A stretch of DNA of 64,000 nt from a virus: positions 32,001 to 96,000 of IMG/VR virus record IMGVR_UViG_3300042114_000045; one strand, given 5' to 3'. The notes below the pieces were generated by a model. That model was given only the letters and a program-made list of their open reading frames with translations, was not told the origin of the DNA and searched no databases. Made by a program: the position numbers and the translations under genes. This document shows, in pieces, positions 50,953-61,294 of this stretch (its first letter is position 1; each line of letters starts with the position of its first letter).

Positions 50953-51567
50953 ATGCAACCAATATTCATTCATTCATTAGAAGAAACAACTGAACACAAA
51001 TTTGTAAAACCTGCTAAACTAGCTACATATACGATAGGTGATAAACTAGGTAAAAAACACTACTGGGAAGTAATAGAAAATCCAAAACAAACTGTACATA
51101 TTATGGTAGTAAACACAGATACTAATACACTTCATTTAGTAGAACAAACTAGAGTACCTGTAGCAATAAATACTAGATTTATAACAGGAGTAACTGTTGA
51201 AGTGTGTGCTGGTTTAGTCGATAAATACGAAGGTGAAGAAGATCAATTAATAAAAATTGCTATTGATGAAGTACAAGAAGAATTAGGTTACACAATAACT
51301 AAATCAGATATACAACAAATTGATACAATTCTTTCGAATGTAGGTATGTCAGGTAGTGTTTCAAACTTATTCGTCGCTATGATAAATAATGATACACCAA
51401 AAACAATAGTTGATCCTCAAGACGGAGAAAACTTAAAAGAAGTAATACTAACAATCGAAGAAGCGATGGATTTCGTTATACAAGTACAAAACACTGATGC
51501 AACTACGAAATTTTTAGTAACAGGTATGTTAGTAAACTATATTTCAAAGGCTTTAAATGAAAACTAA
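50953..51567 (+). CDS. Nudix hydrolase, ADP-ribose pyrophosphatase-like
   Basis: LVEQ.RVP...EVCAGLVD...AIDEVQEELGY Nudix box. Confidence 0.85.
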   Translation: MQPIFIHSLEETTEHKFVKPAKLATYTIGDKLGKKHYWEVIENPKQTVHIMVVNTDTNTLHLVEQTRVPVAINTRFITGVTVEVCAGLVDKYEGEEDQLIKIAIDEVQEELGYTITKSDIQQIDTILSNVGMSGSVSNLFVAMINNDTPKTIVDPQDGENLKEVILTIEEAMDFVIQVQNTDATTKFLVTGMLVNYISKALNEN

Positions 51568-52954
51568 AAATAGAATCTTAATGGCTGACTCATATAAGTA
51601 CAGTCACACAACTCAATACCCTCCAAAAACTACTTCTATGTACAGTTACTTAGAAGCTAGAGGTTCAAAACAATATAATAGAGTTGTATTCTTCGGATTA
51701 CAATATCTTTTAAAAACTTACTTCTCAACGCCAATTACGTTAGACGAAGTTAAAGAAGCAAAAGATTACGCAGAAGCTAATGGAGTACCGTTCGATACAG
51801 AAGGTTGGACATATATAGCTACAACTTTAAAAGGTATGTTACCCGTAGAAATTAAAGCTGTACAAGAAGGTTCAGTATTACCTTTATCAGTTCCATTATT
51901 AACTGTAGAATCAACGGATCCAAGAGTATTCTGGGTTGCATCTTGGCTAGAAACATTCTTAATGAAAGTTTGGTACCCGTGTACAGTAGCTACTAGATCA
52001 TACTTTATTAAACAACTACTATTAGAGTTTGCAAATAAAACTCAAGATATACCAAACGTAGATTTTCAATTCCATAACTTCGGTTACAGAGGAGCAACTA
52101 CAGAAGAAGCTGGTGTAGTAGGTGGTATGGCACACTTAACTCAATTCCTTGGTACAGATAATATTTACAACTTAAAAACTATGGCTGAGGCTTACAACGC
52201 ACATCCATCAACAATAGGTTACTCAATACCAGCAACTGAACACTCAACTGTAACTAGTTGGGGTAGAGATGGTGAAGAAGCAATGATTATGAACTATCTT
52301 GAACAAAACAAAGGTAAACACCTTATAGCTTGTGTAATGGACAGCTACGATTACTACTCAGCAATAACTATGATAACATCTGGTAAATTTAAACAAAAAA
52401 TTGAATCATCAGAGTACCCAACATTCGTAATAAGACCTGACTCTGGAGAGCAAGTAGAAATACTACACTTCACATTAAGTATTCTTGAAAAAAACAAAGT
52501 AGCCTATACTACAAACGGTAAAGGATTCAAAGTATTAAACAAATACAGAATCATATTCGGAGACGGTATTAACGAAGCAGTTATAAATCAATTACTTAAC
52601 GTACTGTACACTAGAGGTTATAGCTCAGAAAACATAGCATTCGGATCTGGTGGATGGTTAATGCAAGACTTAAACAGAGATACATTAGGTTTTGCAATTA
52701 AGTGTTCTAGTATTACAATAGATGGTAAACAAAAAGATGTATATAAAGATCCAAAAACAGATTCATCAAAAAAATCTAAGAGAGGTAGAGTAACTACTTG
52801 GTATGAAACTATGTATAAAAAACATATAATAGTAGATGTAATAGGTGATACACCATCAGTAGGACATACTTGCTATCTTGACAGAGTATTCCTAAACGGT
52901 AAAATAATTTGTGAAACAACACTATCTACTATAAGAGCTAACTCAAATGAATAA
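51557..52954 (+). CDS. nadV: Nicotinamide phosphoribosyltransferase
   Basis: DSYKYSH..QYP, FFGLQY, WYPCTVAT, H.FG.RG, SIPATEHS, DSYD, IRPDSG, GDGI, FGSGG.L.Q..RDT..FAIK. Confidence 0.93.
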   Translation: MKTKNRILMADSYKYSHTTQYPPKTTSMYSYLEARGSKQYNRVVFFGLQYLLKTYFSTPITLDEVKEAKDYAEANGVPFDTEGWTYIATTLKGMLPVEIKAVQEGSVLPLSVPLLTVESTDPRVFWVASWLETFLMKVWYPCTVATRSYFIKQLLLEFANKTQDIPNVDFQFHNFGYRGATTEEAGVVGGMAHLTQFLGTDNIYNLKTMAEAYNAHPSTIGYSIPATEHSTVTSWGRDGEEAMIMNYLEQNKGKHLIACVMDSYDYYSAITMITSGKFKQKIESSEYPTFVIRPDSGEQVEILHFTLSILEKNKVAYTTNGKGFKVLNKYRIIFGDGINEAVINQLLNVLYTRGYSSENIAFGSGGWLMQDLNRDTLGFAIKCSSITIDGKQKDVYKDPKTDSSKKSKRGRVTTWYETMYKKHIIVDVIGDTPSVGHTCYLDRVFLNGKIICETTLSTIRANSNE

Positions 52955-53450
52955 TTCAACTAGAGTAACAAAAACACACTTGTTTTTCTGGAATACTATA
53001 TACTCACAATGGTATACAGCACCGAAACTAATTACAGAAGAAGGTAAAACATTTACAAGTGCAGAACAGTACATGATGTACAAAAAAGCACAACTGTTCA
53101 ACGACGTAGAAGCAGCAGAAGAAATTTTAGCAACAGACAATCCTAGAACCATAAAAGCTATAGGTAGAAGAGTTAAAAACTTTAACGCAACTGCATGGTC
53201 AGATATAAGCTACGCTGTAGTAGTGCAAGGAAACTTCTTAAAGTTTACGCAAAATATAGAGCTACAACATACTCTAAGAGAACAAGCACACCTACAACTA
53301 GTAGAAGCTTCACCAGAAGATAAAATCTGGGGAATTGGACTACATGCATCAGATGATAGGGTATTAGATGAATCGCAATGGCAAGGACAAAATTTATTAG
53401 GTAAAGCAATAATGGCTGTAAGAGAAAGAATATTAAATGGCATCAATTAA
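52947..53450 (+). CDS. NADAR/YbiA-family ADP-ribosyl hydrolase
   Basis: FFW...SQWY, AEQYMM..KA.LF.D, K..GR.VKNF, KFTQN, LVEASP.D.IWGIG, GQNLLG.A.M.VR. Confidence 0.9.
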   Translation: MNNSTRVTKTHLFFWNTIYSQWYTAPKLITEEGKTFTSAEQYMMYKKAQLFNDVEAAEEILATDNPRTIKAIGRRVKNFNATAWSDISYAVVVQGNFLKFTQNIELQHTLREQAHLQLVEASPEDKIWGIGLHASDDRVLDESQWQGQNLLGKAIMAVRERILNGIN

Positions 53451-53862
53451 AAAAGCATTTACTCAAGCCTACGCAGATATGAAACGAAAAGGTTGGGACT
53501 GGATCTACATTTACGTAGATTTACACTCAACTGTAATCAAACCAACCTATGTACACGATGACATATCAATCAACTACTATCCGTTAGCGAAAGAAGCATT
53601 ACAGATGCTATCAAATAGACCAGATATTAGACTTGTTATGTATACTTGTCAAAATGACAAAACTTGTACTAGACAAGCTCAGCAATTCAAACTAGACGAT
53701 ATACATTTTGATGGTATAAACGTCAATTTAGAAACAGATCCATCGGAGTACGCAGACTACTCATTCAAACCTTACTTCAACGTCTTATTAGAAGACAAAG
53801 CAGGATTTGAACCAGAAGAAGACTGGAATGAAATACTAGATTTCTACGCTCCTAAAGTGTAG
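53437..53862 (+). CDS. HAD-superfamily-like phage protein
   Basis: VDLHSTVI, KPYFNVLLEDKAGF. Confidence 0.6.
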   Translation: MASIKKAFTQAYADMKRKGWDWIYIYVDLHSTVIKPTYVHDDISINYYPLAKEALQMLSNRPDIRLVMYTCQNDKTCTRQAQQFKLDDIHFDGINVNLETDPSEYADYSFKPYFNVLLEDKAGFEPEEDWNEILDFYAPKV

Positions 53863-54078
53863 AATCTAGACTTTAAATTAAGGAAATATTATGAAACAAA
53901 AAATAGTTAGTTTTATTACCAACCAAGGTAAAGACCACGTAAAAGATACAGTATCATCTATTGCAACGACAATAGCAATTAAAGTGATACTGACAGTGTT
54001 TATTATAACATTAATAGTATCAGGCGGTTGCGTAGCAACATCTTCATTACTTGATACAAAAACAGAGGTTACAAAATA

Positions 54079-55086
54079 ATGTACGAGGCATACAAACAAG
54101 TAAATACAGAAGTAAGAAAGCACGGTATGCTACTACTTTTAACAAAATCAGGTTCAATGCTTTATGGTACTAATACACCTAGTAGTGATACAGATTATAA
54201 GGGAGTATATCTGCCATATAAAGAATCGTTATTACTACAAAAAACTACCGAATTTATTAAATTAGACACAAATAAAACAGGGAAAGCAAATACATCGGAA
54301 GATATTGATTGTCACATAGACTCAATCCATAAATGGTTACACTTATTAGAAAAAGGTGAAACTAACGCGTTAGATACATTATTCTCGTTATGGACAGATA
54401 AAGTAGAATACGTAGATCCTAGATTTGAAAAAGTATTAAAAGATAATTACCTTAGTTTTATAACTTCAAATCCACACGCATTCGTAGGTTACTGTATATC
54501 ACAAACTAAAAAATATAATATTAGAGGTACAAGATACAACGAATTGTTAGAGTTTGTAACGTATTTAAGGGAATTACCTTTAGAACCAGAAACTAAAATG
54601 TTTACATTTATAGATCATATAAAACAACACTTAACAACAAATTCTGATAAGTACATTAAATTTGTGCAAGCACCTGGACCAAGAGGTGCTAAAATCGAAG
54701 AATGGACTTACTTAGAAGTACTAGGAAGAAAATTCGCAGATAATATCACACTAGAATACTTAGACCAAAAATGTACTGAGATGCTCAATAGCTACGGTTC
54801 TCGTGTTGTAGGCAACACTGATGCAATAGACTGGAAAGCTATGTCACATGCAGTAAGAGTAATCTTAGAGGTAGAAGAGCTACTATCAACTAGTTTTATT
54901 AAATTCCCATTAAAAGATGCAGAATTTATTAAACAAGTAAAAGCCGGTAACGTAGAAATTGATAAAGTGCAACAGCTTCTTACTCAAAAAATTGAGTTAG
55001 TAGATGAACTTTTACAAACAACAACATTAAACAAAGAAGTAGATAAAAGAGAAGTAAGTAACTTAATATTATCATACTACAACTAA
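54079..55086 (+). CDS. Nucleotidyltransferase (T4 NrdC.11/RlaP-like)
   Basis: GSMLYGTNTPSSDTDYKGVYLP, DWKAMSHAVR, FPL. Confidence 0.85.
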   Translation: MYEAYKQVNTEVRKHGMLLLLTKSGSMLYGTNTPSSDTDYKGVYLPYKESLLLQKTTEFIKLDTNKTGKANTSEDIDCHIDSIHKWLHLLEKGETNALDTLFSLWTDKVEYVDPRFEKVLKDNYLSFITSNPHAFVGYCISQTKKYNIRGTRYNELLEFVTYLRELPLEPETKMFTFIDHIKQHLTTNSDKYIKFVQAPGPRGAKIEEWTYLEVLGRKFADNITLEYLDQKCTEMLNSYGSRVVGNTDAIDWKAMSHAVRVILEVEELLSTSFIKFPLKDAEFIKQVKAGNVEIDKVQQLLTQKIELVDELLQTTTLNKEVDKREVSNLILSYYN

Positions 55087-55095
55087 GGAAAACAC

Positions 55096-56316
55096 ATGGA
55101 AAAAAAGGTAACAATATATTCAGACACAATTGAAACAGAAGCATTAGAGCAATTCTACGCAGCAATGGCGTTACCTTGTGTGCTTCAAGGTGCATTAATG
55201 CCTGATTCACATACAGGATATACACTCCCAATTGGAGCAGTAGTTAAAACACAAAGTAAAATATTTCCATCTTTCGTAGGTTACGATATAGGATGCGGTA
55301 TGTCTGCAATCAGAACAAATGTAAAGAACTTAACAGAACAACAACTACAAGATCTTAAAACTTTAATTCTTAAAAAGATACCACTTGGTAGAGATACACA
55401 TAAAGGTAGAATGAAATTAAAGAATAAGTACACTGGTATGTCAGACATAGCAACAGATGTATTTCAACATCTTGCAGATAAACAAGTTGGAACTCTTGGT
55501 GGAGGAAACCACTTCATTGAAGTAGGTACTGATAAAGAAGACTACGTAAACATTGTAATCCACTCTGGTTCAAGAGGCGTAGGTAAGAAAATAGCTGAAC
55601 ACTATATGAAACTCGCTGCAATGGAAGATGTAGATAAATCTCGTTATGGAGCAGAATTCAGATCAAAAAATGATTGGGAATCTAAAAATCCAGATAACTT
55701 TAAAAAAGCTATGGACGAATTTGTATACAGAAGAACAAGAGCTAGAGTATCAGATGTAGAAGGTGCCTACGGCTTCGATATCTCATCAGAATCTGGTAAA
55801 GCATATATACACGATATGGATCAAGCACTGGCATTTGCGTTAGAAAATAGAGAAACTATGATTTATACAATTGTAGACTGTATCAAAGAGGTATTAGGAA
55901 CTAAAACCGTAGGTACTTCTCGTTTCATTAATAGAAACCATAATCACGCTGAAATAAATGAAGCTGGAGAAGTAATACACCGTAAAGGAGCAACTCACGC
56001 AGAAGAAGGTATGCTTGGAGTAATTCCAGGAAATATGCGAGATGGTTCTTTCATCGTTTCAGGAAAAGGTAATCCACATTCAATGAATAGTAGTTCACAC
56101 GGAGCAGGACGAGTCCTATCTCGTAGACAAGCCAAAGACTTACTATCGTTGGAAGATCTGCGGATTGCTACACAAGGAATAGTTACGAACCATTCAGATG
56201 AAAATATAGACGAAGCACCAGATGCTTACAAAAATATCTTTGAAGTAATGGAACTTCAATCAGATTTAGTAGAAGTACTAGATCATATAAAACCAATCCT
56301 CAATATTAAAGGTTAA
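55096..56316 (+). CDS. rtcB: RtcB RNA ligase
   Basis: MPDSH, GYDIGCGM, GGGNHF, HSGSRG, HNH, HRKGA, SHGAGR, DEAPDAYK. Confidence 0.95.
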   Translation: MEKKVTIYSDTIETEALEQFYAAMALPCVLQGALMPDSHTGYTLPIGAVVKTQSKIFPSFVGYDIGCGMSAIRTNVKNLTEQQLQDLKTLILKKIPLGRDTHKGRMKLKNKYTGMSDIATDVFQHLADKQVGTLGGGNHFIEVGTDKEDYVNIVIHSGSRGVGKKIAEHYMKLAAMEDVDKSRYGAEFRSKNDWESKNPDNFKKAMDEFVYRRTRARVSDVEGAYGFDISSESGKAYIHDMDQALAFALENRETMIYTIVDCIKEVLGTKTVGTSRFINRNHNHAEINEAGEVIHRKGATHAEEGMLGVIPGNMRDGSFIVSGKGNPHSMNSSSHGAGRVLSRRQAKDLLSLEDLRIATQGIVTNHSDENIDEAPDAYKNIFEVMELQSDLVEVLDHIKPILNIKG

Positions 56317-56319
56317 TAA

Positions 56320-57459
56320 ATGACTACTTTACCAACTCTGTATAAAAGAACTAAAACTGGTGCAATTCAAGTATGTAGTATACTTGTATCAGCAGACACA
56401 TACACAGTAGTGTTTGGTAAACTAAATGGTAAAATGCAAAGTAAAACTACTACCTGCAAACCTAAAAACGTAGGTAAATCAAATGAAACTACGGGACCAC
56501 AACAAGCGATACTAGAAGCTGAGTCAAAATATAGATCGAAAATAGATGAAGGTTACAGTTTAAACCAAGAACCAGATTCTGAGGTTGAACTTCCTATGAA
56601 AGTTAAAATTTATCAAGAATCAAAACATTTAGTAGACTGGCAAGGTGGAGTAACAGTATCTCCTAAGCTTAATGGTGTAAATGGAGAATTCAAATTCAAA
56701 CTAGTCAATGGAAAACTTAAGTTATTTTCAAGAGGCGGATTAGAGTATCCAATGCTTGAACATCTAAAACCAACTATACTTAAAGTTCTTCAACTATCAG
56801 GGGAAACTAGTCTTAACGTTGAATTATACAAGCACGGATGGCACCTTCAAGATATTACTGCAGCAGTCAAAGCGTTTAAGCCAGATACACATGAGTTTCC
56901 TACATCAAAAATTGAAGCACATATCTTTGAAGTACCATCAAGAACAAACAGTTATGTACACACAATGACTAAAATAGCTGCTATAACTTCTGCTATCAAT
57001 AAAGCTAATATTAAACAAAAACTACCTATTTTAGTAGATACAGTTCCGTTTTACGAAGTTACAAATGAAGCTGAAATTGACACTTGGTTTGATAGGGTAG
57101 TTGATAATTTCGAGGGATTAATTGTTAGAAATAACAGATGTGAATATAGGTATAATGAACGAAGTTCAGATGTATTCAAGTATAAAAAAGCTTTAGACGC
57201 TGAATATGAAATTGTAGGCTACAACATCGATAAAAATGATCATGTAGTATACGTATGTACAACAAAAAATGGTAAAAGATTTTCAGTAAAACGAAAAGGT
57301 ACAAATGAACAAAGACTAGCTGATGCACTTGTAGTTAAAACAAACATTGGTAAATTTTTAACCATAGAGTATGAAACTCTATCGAAAGATCTGATACCTC
57401 AGAAACCAGTTGGATTAAATTTCAGAGACTGTGATATTAATGGTGATCCATTAATATAA
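56320..57459 (+). CDS. ATP-dependent DNA ligase
   Basis: SPKLNG motif I variant, SRGG, ELY.HG, FEGLIVR, RS...KYK, OB domain GK.LTIEY...P..PV. Confidence 0.85.
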   Translation: MTTLPTLYKRTKTGAIQVCSILVSADTYTVVFGKLNGKMQSKTTTCKPKNVGKSNETTGPQQAILEAESKYRSKIDEGYSLNQEPDSEVELPMKVKIYQESKHLVDWQGGVTVSPKLNGVNGEFKFKLVNGKLKLFSRGGLEYPMLEHLKPTILKVLQLSGETSLNVELYKHGWHLQDITAAVKAFKPDTHEFPTSKIEAHIFEVPSRTNSYVHTMTKIAAITSAINKANIKQKLPILVDTVPFYEVTNEAEIDTWFDRVVDNFEGLIVRNNRCEYRYNERSSDVFKYKKALDAEYEIVGYNIDKNDHVVYVCTTKNGKRFSVKRKGTNEQRLADALVVKTNIGKFLTIEYETLSKDLIPQKPVGLNFRDCDINGDPLI

Positions 57460-57482
57460 AATATTCATTAAAGGAAAAAAAT

Positions 57483-58430
57483 ATGGGACAAGGATATTGT
57501 GATTTTAACCCAAAGCTATTTGCACCATTTATATCAAAAAAGGTAAAAATAAACCCTGAGTTAGCTGATGACTGGGAAATAATACCTACAACATATGTAA
57601 GTACTACTGGATTCTCATTAAAATCAAAAAAGTTAAACCAAGAAGTAGCTGACATAGAACTGTATAGATTTTTGAAGTTTTCAAAAGAACAAAAATTAGT
57701 TATAGAAGGACTGAAGTTAAAAGGTACTTATATTATAGGTAACGATAGAAGTGTGTATACACAGAGTATGTACAATGAATGGTTTTCATTATATCATAAA
57801 AGAACTGAGACTATTATAAACCCAAAAGATTATATAGTAGGTAACAAATATACTACACCATGTGGTATGTCACTGATTTATTTAGGATACAGATACGTAG
57901 CAACAATAAAAAAAGCACATTTAATTAACTACGCAGAGCACTCAACAATAATAAAAAAACATTTTTATGTTGATGCCTCATTCAATAAGTACCATGACAA
58001 TAATTCAGCGCCCATCTACGAATTAAAAATGAAGTTATCAAAAGATTTAGGTGTAGCAATAACAAAAGAAGATGCAGATACACTTCTATATAATTTATAT
58101 GTTTCTAACCTAAATTTTATATGTTTTGAAAAAGTTAAACCGACTAACCCTGTATTTGGTATTATACCAATGAAAGATTATAAATTTTCTGCAGGATACA
58201 GTGATAAAACTACGAAATACTTTAACGTTCTTATAGCAAAGCTAAATAATCAGTACTTTTCTGGTAGATATACGTTATACATGTATACAAAAGATACAGT
58301 TGAAAATGCAGTACTTGGGTCAGGTACGTTATACCTAGTTGACCCAATAACATTAATAGGTAGAGATAATTGTACTTGTCCATCACACAAAAAATTTGAT
58401 AGTTACCACAGAATAGGATTGATAAAATGA
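57483..58430 (+). CDS. Hypothetical protein
   Basis: 315-aa ORF with RBS. Confidence 0.6.
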   Translation: MGQGYCDFNPKLFAPFISKKVKINPELADDWEIIPTTYVSTTGFSLKSKKLNQEVADIELYRFLKFSKEQKLVIEGLKLKGTYIIGNDRSVYTQSMYNEWFSLYHKRTETIINPKDYIVGNKYTTPCGMSLIYLGYRYVATIKKAHLINYAEHSTIIKKHFYVDASFNKYHDNNSAPIYELKMKLSKDLGVAITKEDADTLLYNLYVSNLNFICFEKVKPTNPVFGIIPMKDYKFSAGYSDKTTKYFNVLIAKLNNQYFSGRYTLYMYTKDTVENAVLGSGTLYLVDPITLIGRDNCTCPSHKKFDSYHRIGLIK

Positions 58431-59674
58431 AACAACAAATATACATAGTAGGAGGAGCTGTAAGAGACCAATTGCTAGAAACTATACCAGCAGACATCGA
58501 CTATGTAGCTGTTGGTTATACCGCTGAACACTTTATAGAAAAAGGATTTAAGCAAGTAGGTAAAGACTTCCCAGTATTCCTATCCCCAACAGGGAACGAA
58601 TACGCGCTAGCTCGCAGAGAACGTTCAACTGGAAATGGTTATAACGACTTCACAGTTGATACATCAGATGTAACAATTGAAGAAGATTTAAAACGAAGAG
58701 ATTTAACAATAAATTCAATGGCACTTGATGCAGATAATAAGCTCATAGATCCGTATCACGGGCAAGAAGATATAGCTCGTAAGATTCTAAGACATACGTC
58801 AGAAGCATTCGCTGAAGATCCTTTGAGAGTCCTTAGACTAGCAAGATTCAGAGCAAGATTAGGGGAGGAATGGTCAATAGCACCAGAAACAAAACTCCTC
58901 ATAGATTCAATGCGACCAAAACTTACAAGTCTACAACCAGATAGAGTATTCGCAGAAGTAGATAAAGTAATGAAACTTACTGACTCTTATATATTCTTTG
59001 AGACTTTAGATGAGCTGCAAGTATTAGACATAGTATTTCCAAATATCTACGACTTAAAATCTTATAGAGAAGGATCTAAATGGCATAAAGAACCAAATGT
59101 CTTTGAACATACTATGAGAATGCTTCAATTAGCTTCATTATACACACCTGTAATTAAATATATGATTTTATACCACGATATATGTAAACCAAAGTGTAGA
59201 CGACTATACGGCAATGGTGCAGGTCATGATTCAGCAGAAATGGCAGAACCATTATTAGATATTAAATTACCTACGAAGATTAAAGAGTATGTATTACACC
59301 ATATCGAATATCATCAACGAATATTTAAGGTATACGAAGACATGTCAGCTAGAAAAATAGTTAAACTTATTAAAGCTTTTAAAAAAGATAAGTTACTACT
59401 TACTTACATGATAATTGTTGGTAAATTTGACAAAGATGGTTCAATATGTCTATATCAAAGACCTCATACAGATTTTAGTTCATTTAAACATGCATTTGAT
59501 GAAGTAAATAGTTTCTCTCCGTTATTTTGGATACAGGATTACATAGCAAAGAATGGTGAAAGACCTTCTGGTGAAGTAATAAAACAATATGTTCATAATG
59601 AACAAATAAAAATCGTTAAAAGTATAATTATCAAGGAAAGAAATGAGTCAAATAGTAGAGTCACTAAAAAATAG
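58427..59674 (+). CDS. cca: tRNA nucleotidyltransferase (CCA-adding) with HD domain
   Basis: VGGAVRD..DIDY, EYALARRE, EDLKRRDLTINSMA, EDPLRVLRLARF, H.E..VFEH, YHDICK. Confidence 0.92.
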   Translation: MKQQIYIVGGAVRDQLLETIPADIDYVAVGYTAEHFIEKGFKQVGKDFPVFLSPTGNEYALARRERSTGNGYNDFTVDTSDVTIEEDLKRRDLTINSMALDADNKLIDPYHGQEDIARKILRHTSEAFAEDPLRVLRLARFRARLGEEWSIAPETKLLIDSMRPKLTSLQPDRVFAEVDKVMKLTDSYIFFETLDELQVLDIVFPNIYDLKSYREGSKWHKEPNVFEHTMRMLQLASLYTPVIKYMILYHDICKPKCRRLYGNGAGHDSAEMAEPLLDIKLPTKIKEYVLHHIEYHQRIFKVYEDMSARKIVKLIKAFKKDKLLLTYMIIVGKFDKDGSICLYQRPHTDFSSFKHAFDEVNSFSPLFWIQDYIAKNGERPSGEVIKQYVHNEQIKIVKSIIIKERNESNSRVTKK

Positions 59675-59832
59675 GGTAGCAATTCTTAAAGGCTATTCTC
59701 CATTAGAAGAAGAAAAATATAAAAAAAGTAAAGAAGGTCTAGAAGATATGTTCGAGTACGCTAAGAGTAAGGGTAAAGAAATACCAAAAACACTTGTACT
59801 TGAAGTTGAAGACTTACTAAAAAAGGAATAAA

Positions 59833-60918
59833 ATGAGAAAATTAGCATCAATACAAACAATAACTGCTCTATACCCAATAGAAGGTAAAGACAGAATAGC
59901 ATTAGCACAAATACTAGGTTGGCAAGTAATCGTCAAAAAAGATGAATTTGCTGTAGGAGATAAGTGTGTATACTTTGAAATAGATAGCTTCTTACCAGAT
60001 GTACCAGAATTTCAATTCTTAGGTAAAACTAGTACGTATCTAAGTTACACTGGTTATAGACTTAAAACTATGAAAATGGCAAAAGTATTATCTCAAGGAT
60101 TAGCATTACCATTAAGTATGTTTCCTACATTAATTGCAAATCTTAGTGATGACACAGATGTAACCGAAAGGCTAAATATTGTCAAATATGACAAAGAAAC
60201 AGTAGAAAATGCTCAAAGTGGGTCACTTAACCAAGGATCTTCAGAAGGAAAATTTCCTTCGTTTATCCCAAAAACTGATCAAACTAGAATTCAATCACTT
60301 CCTTCATTTTTTATATCTCATAAAGATGAAGCATTTGAAGAAACATTAAAATTAGATGGTAGTAGCTGTACAATTTACAAAATAATGAGTAAAAAAACAG
60401 GCTTACTAGCTAAGGTAATGAACTTCTTAGGATTCGATACTACAACTACGCACTTTGGTGTATGTAGTAGAAACCTAGAAATTAAACGACCAAAAGCTGG
60501 TGAAAAACAATCAGATTTCTGGACAGCGGCAATTAAATATGATATTGAAAATTCATTGCCAGTTGGTTATGCTATTCAAGGTGAATTAATAGCACCTAAT
60601 ATCCAAAAGAATTGGGAGAAGGTAAAAGAAGTAGAATACTACATATTTGATGTATATGACATCAATAAAGGTAGTTACTTATTACCAGATGCAAGAAGAG
60701 CATTCGTAGCTTCGTATCTATCTAGTGCAAAACATGTACCTGTGATAAATGAATCTGTAGAAATATTAAAACTTACACAAGACCAAATACTTGAACGAGT
60801 TAAAAGACAATCAATGAATCCTGGAACTATCAGTGAAGGAAGCGTGTATAAATCACTTAAACATTCAACAGTATCGTTTAAAGCAATCAGTAATGAGTAT
60901 CTGTTAAAGGAAAAATAA
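59833..60918 (+). CDS. RNA ligase, DRB0094 (Rnl5/Rnl2-like) family
   Basis: MRKLASIQ.I..L.PI.G.DRI, VYFEIDS, SQGL, FP.FIPKTD..RIQ, KLDGSS, QGEL, EG.VYK, SFKAISN.YLLK. Confidence 0.9.
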   Translation: MRKLASIQTITALYPIEGKDRIALAQILGWQVIVKKDEFAVGDKCVYFEIDSFLPDVPEFQFLGKTSTYLSYTGYRLKTMKMAKVLSQGLALPLSMFPTLIANLSDDTDVTERLNIVKYDKETVENAQSGSLNQGSSEGKFPSFIPKTDQTRIQSLPSFFISHKDEAFEETLKLDGSSCTIYKIMSKKTGLLAKVMNFLGFDTTTTHFGVCSRNLEIKRPKAGEKQSDFWTAAIKYDIENSLPVGYAIQGELIAPNIQKNWEKVKEVEYYIFDVYDINKGSYLLPDARRAFVASYLSSAKHVPVINESVEILKLTQDQILERVKRQSMNPGTISEGSVYKSLKHSTVSFKAISNEYLLKEK

Positions 60919-61294
60919 TGGTACAAGAAGTAAAAAACACAAAAATAATTTGTGATAAATGCGGAAAAGTAATAAGAGATACTAGAATGTCAGAAGCTTA
61001 CTTTATCAATATGCCAACAGGAACTACTCCAAGAAAGGATGCAGCAAAAATAGGTGACAAAGATATTTGTTTACACTGTTGTGCTGACTATCTAGAAAAA
61101 CTCTGCAGTAACAACGTAGTTGACCCATTTACAATGGTAACTTCGGATATTGAACAAGAAAAAGCAAAGAAACAAACATTTACGTTTGACTGGTCAAAAA
61201 TAAAAGTCAAACCATAACAACTTGGCGTATCGAGGCATTACCTCCAGTCGGTGCGAGCCGCGACGTACGCAGAATTTAACAAAAGGAAACAAAA

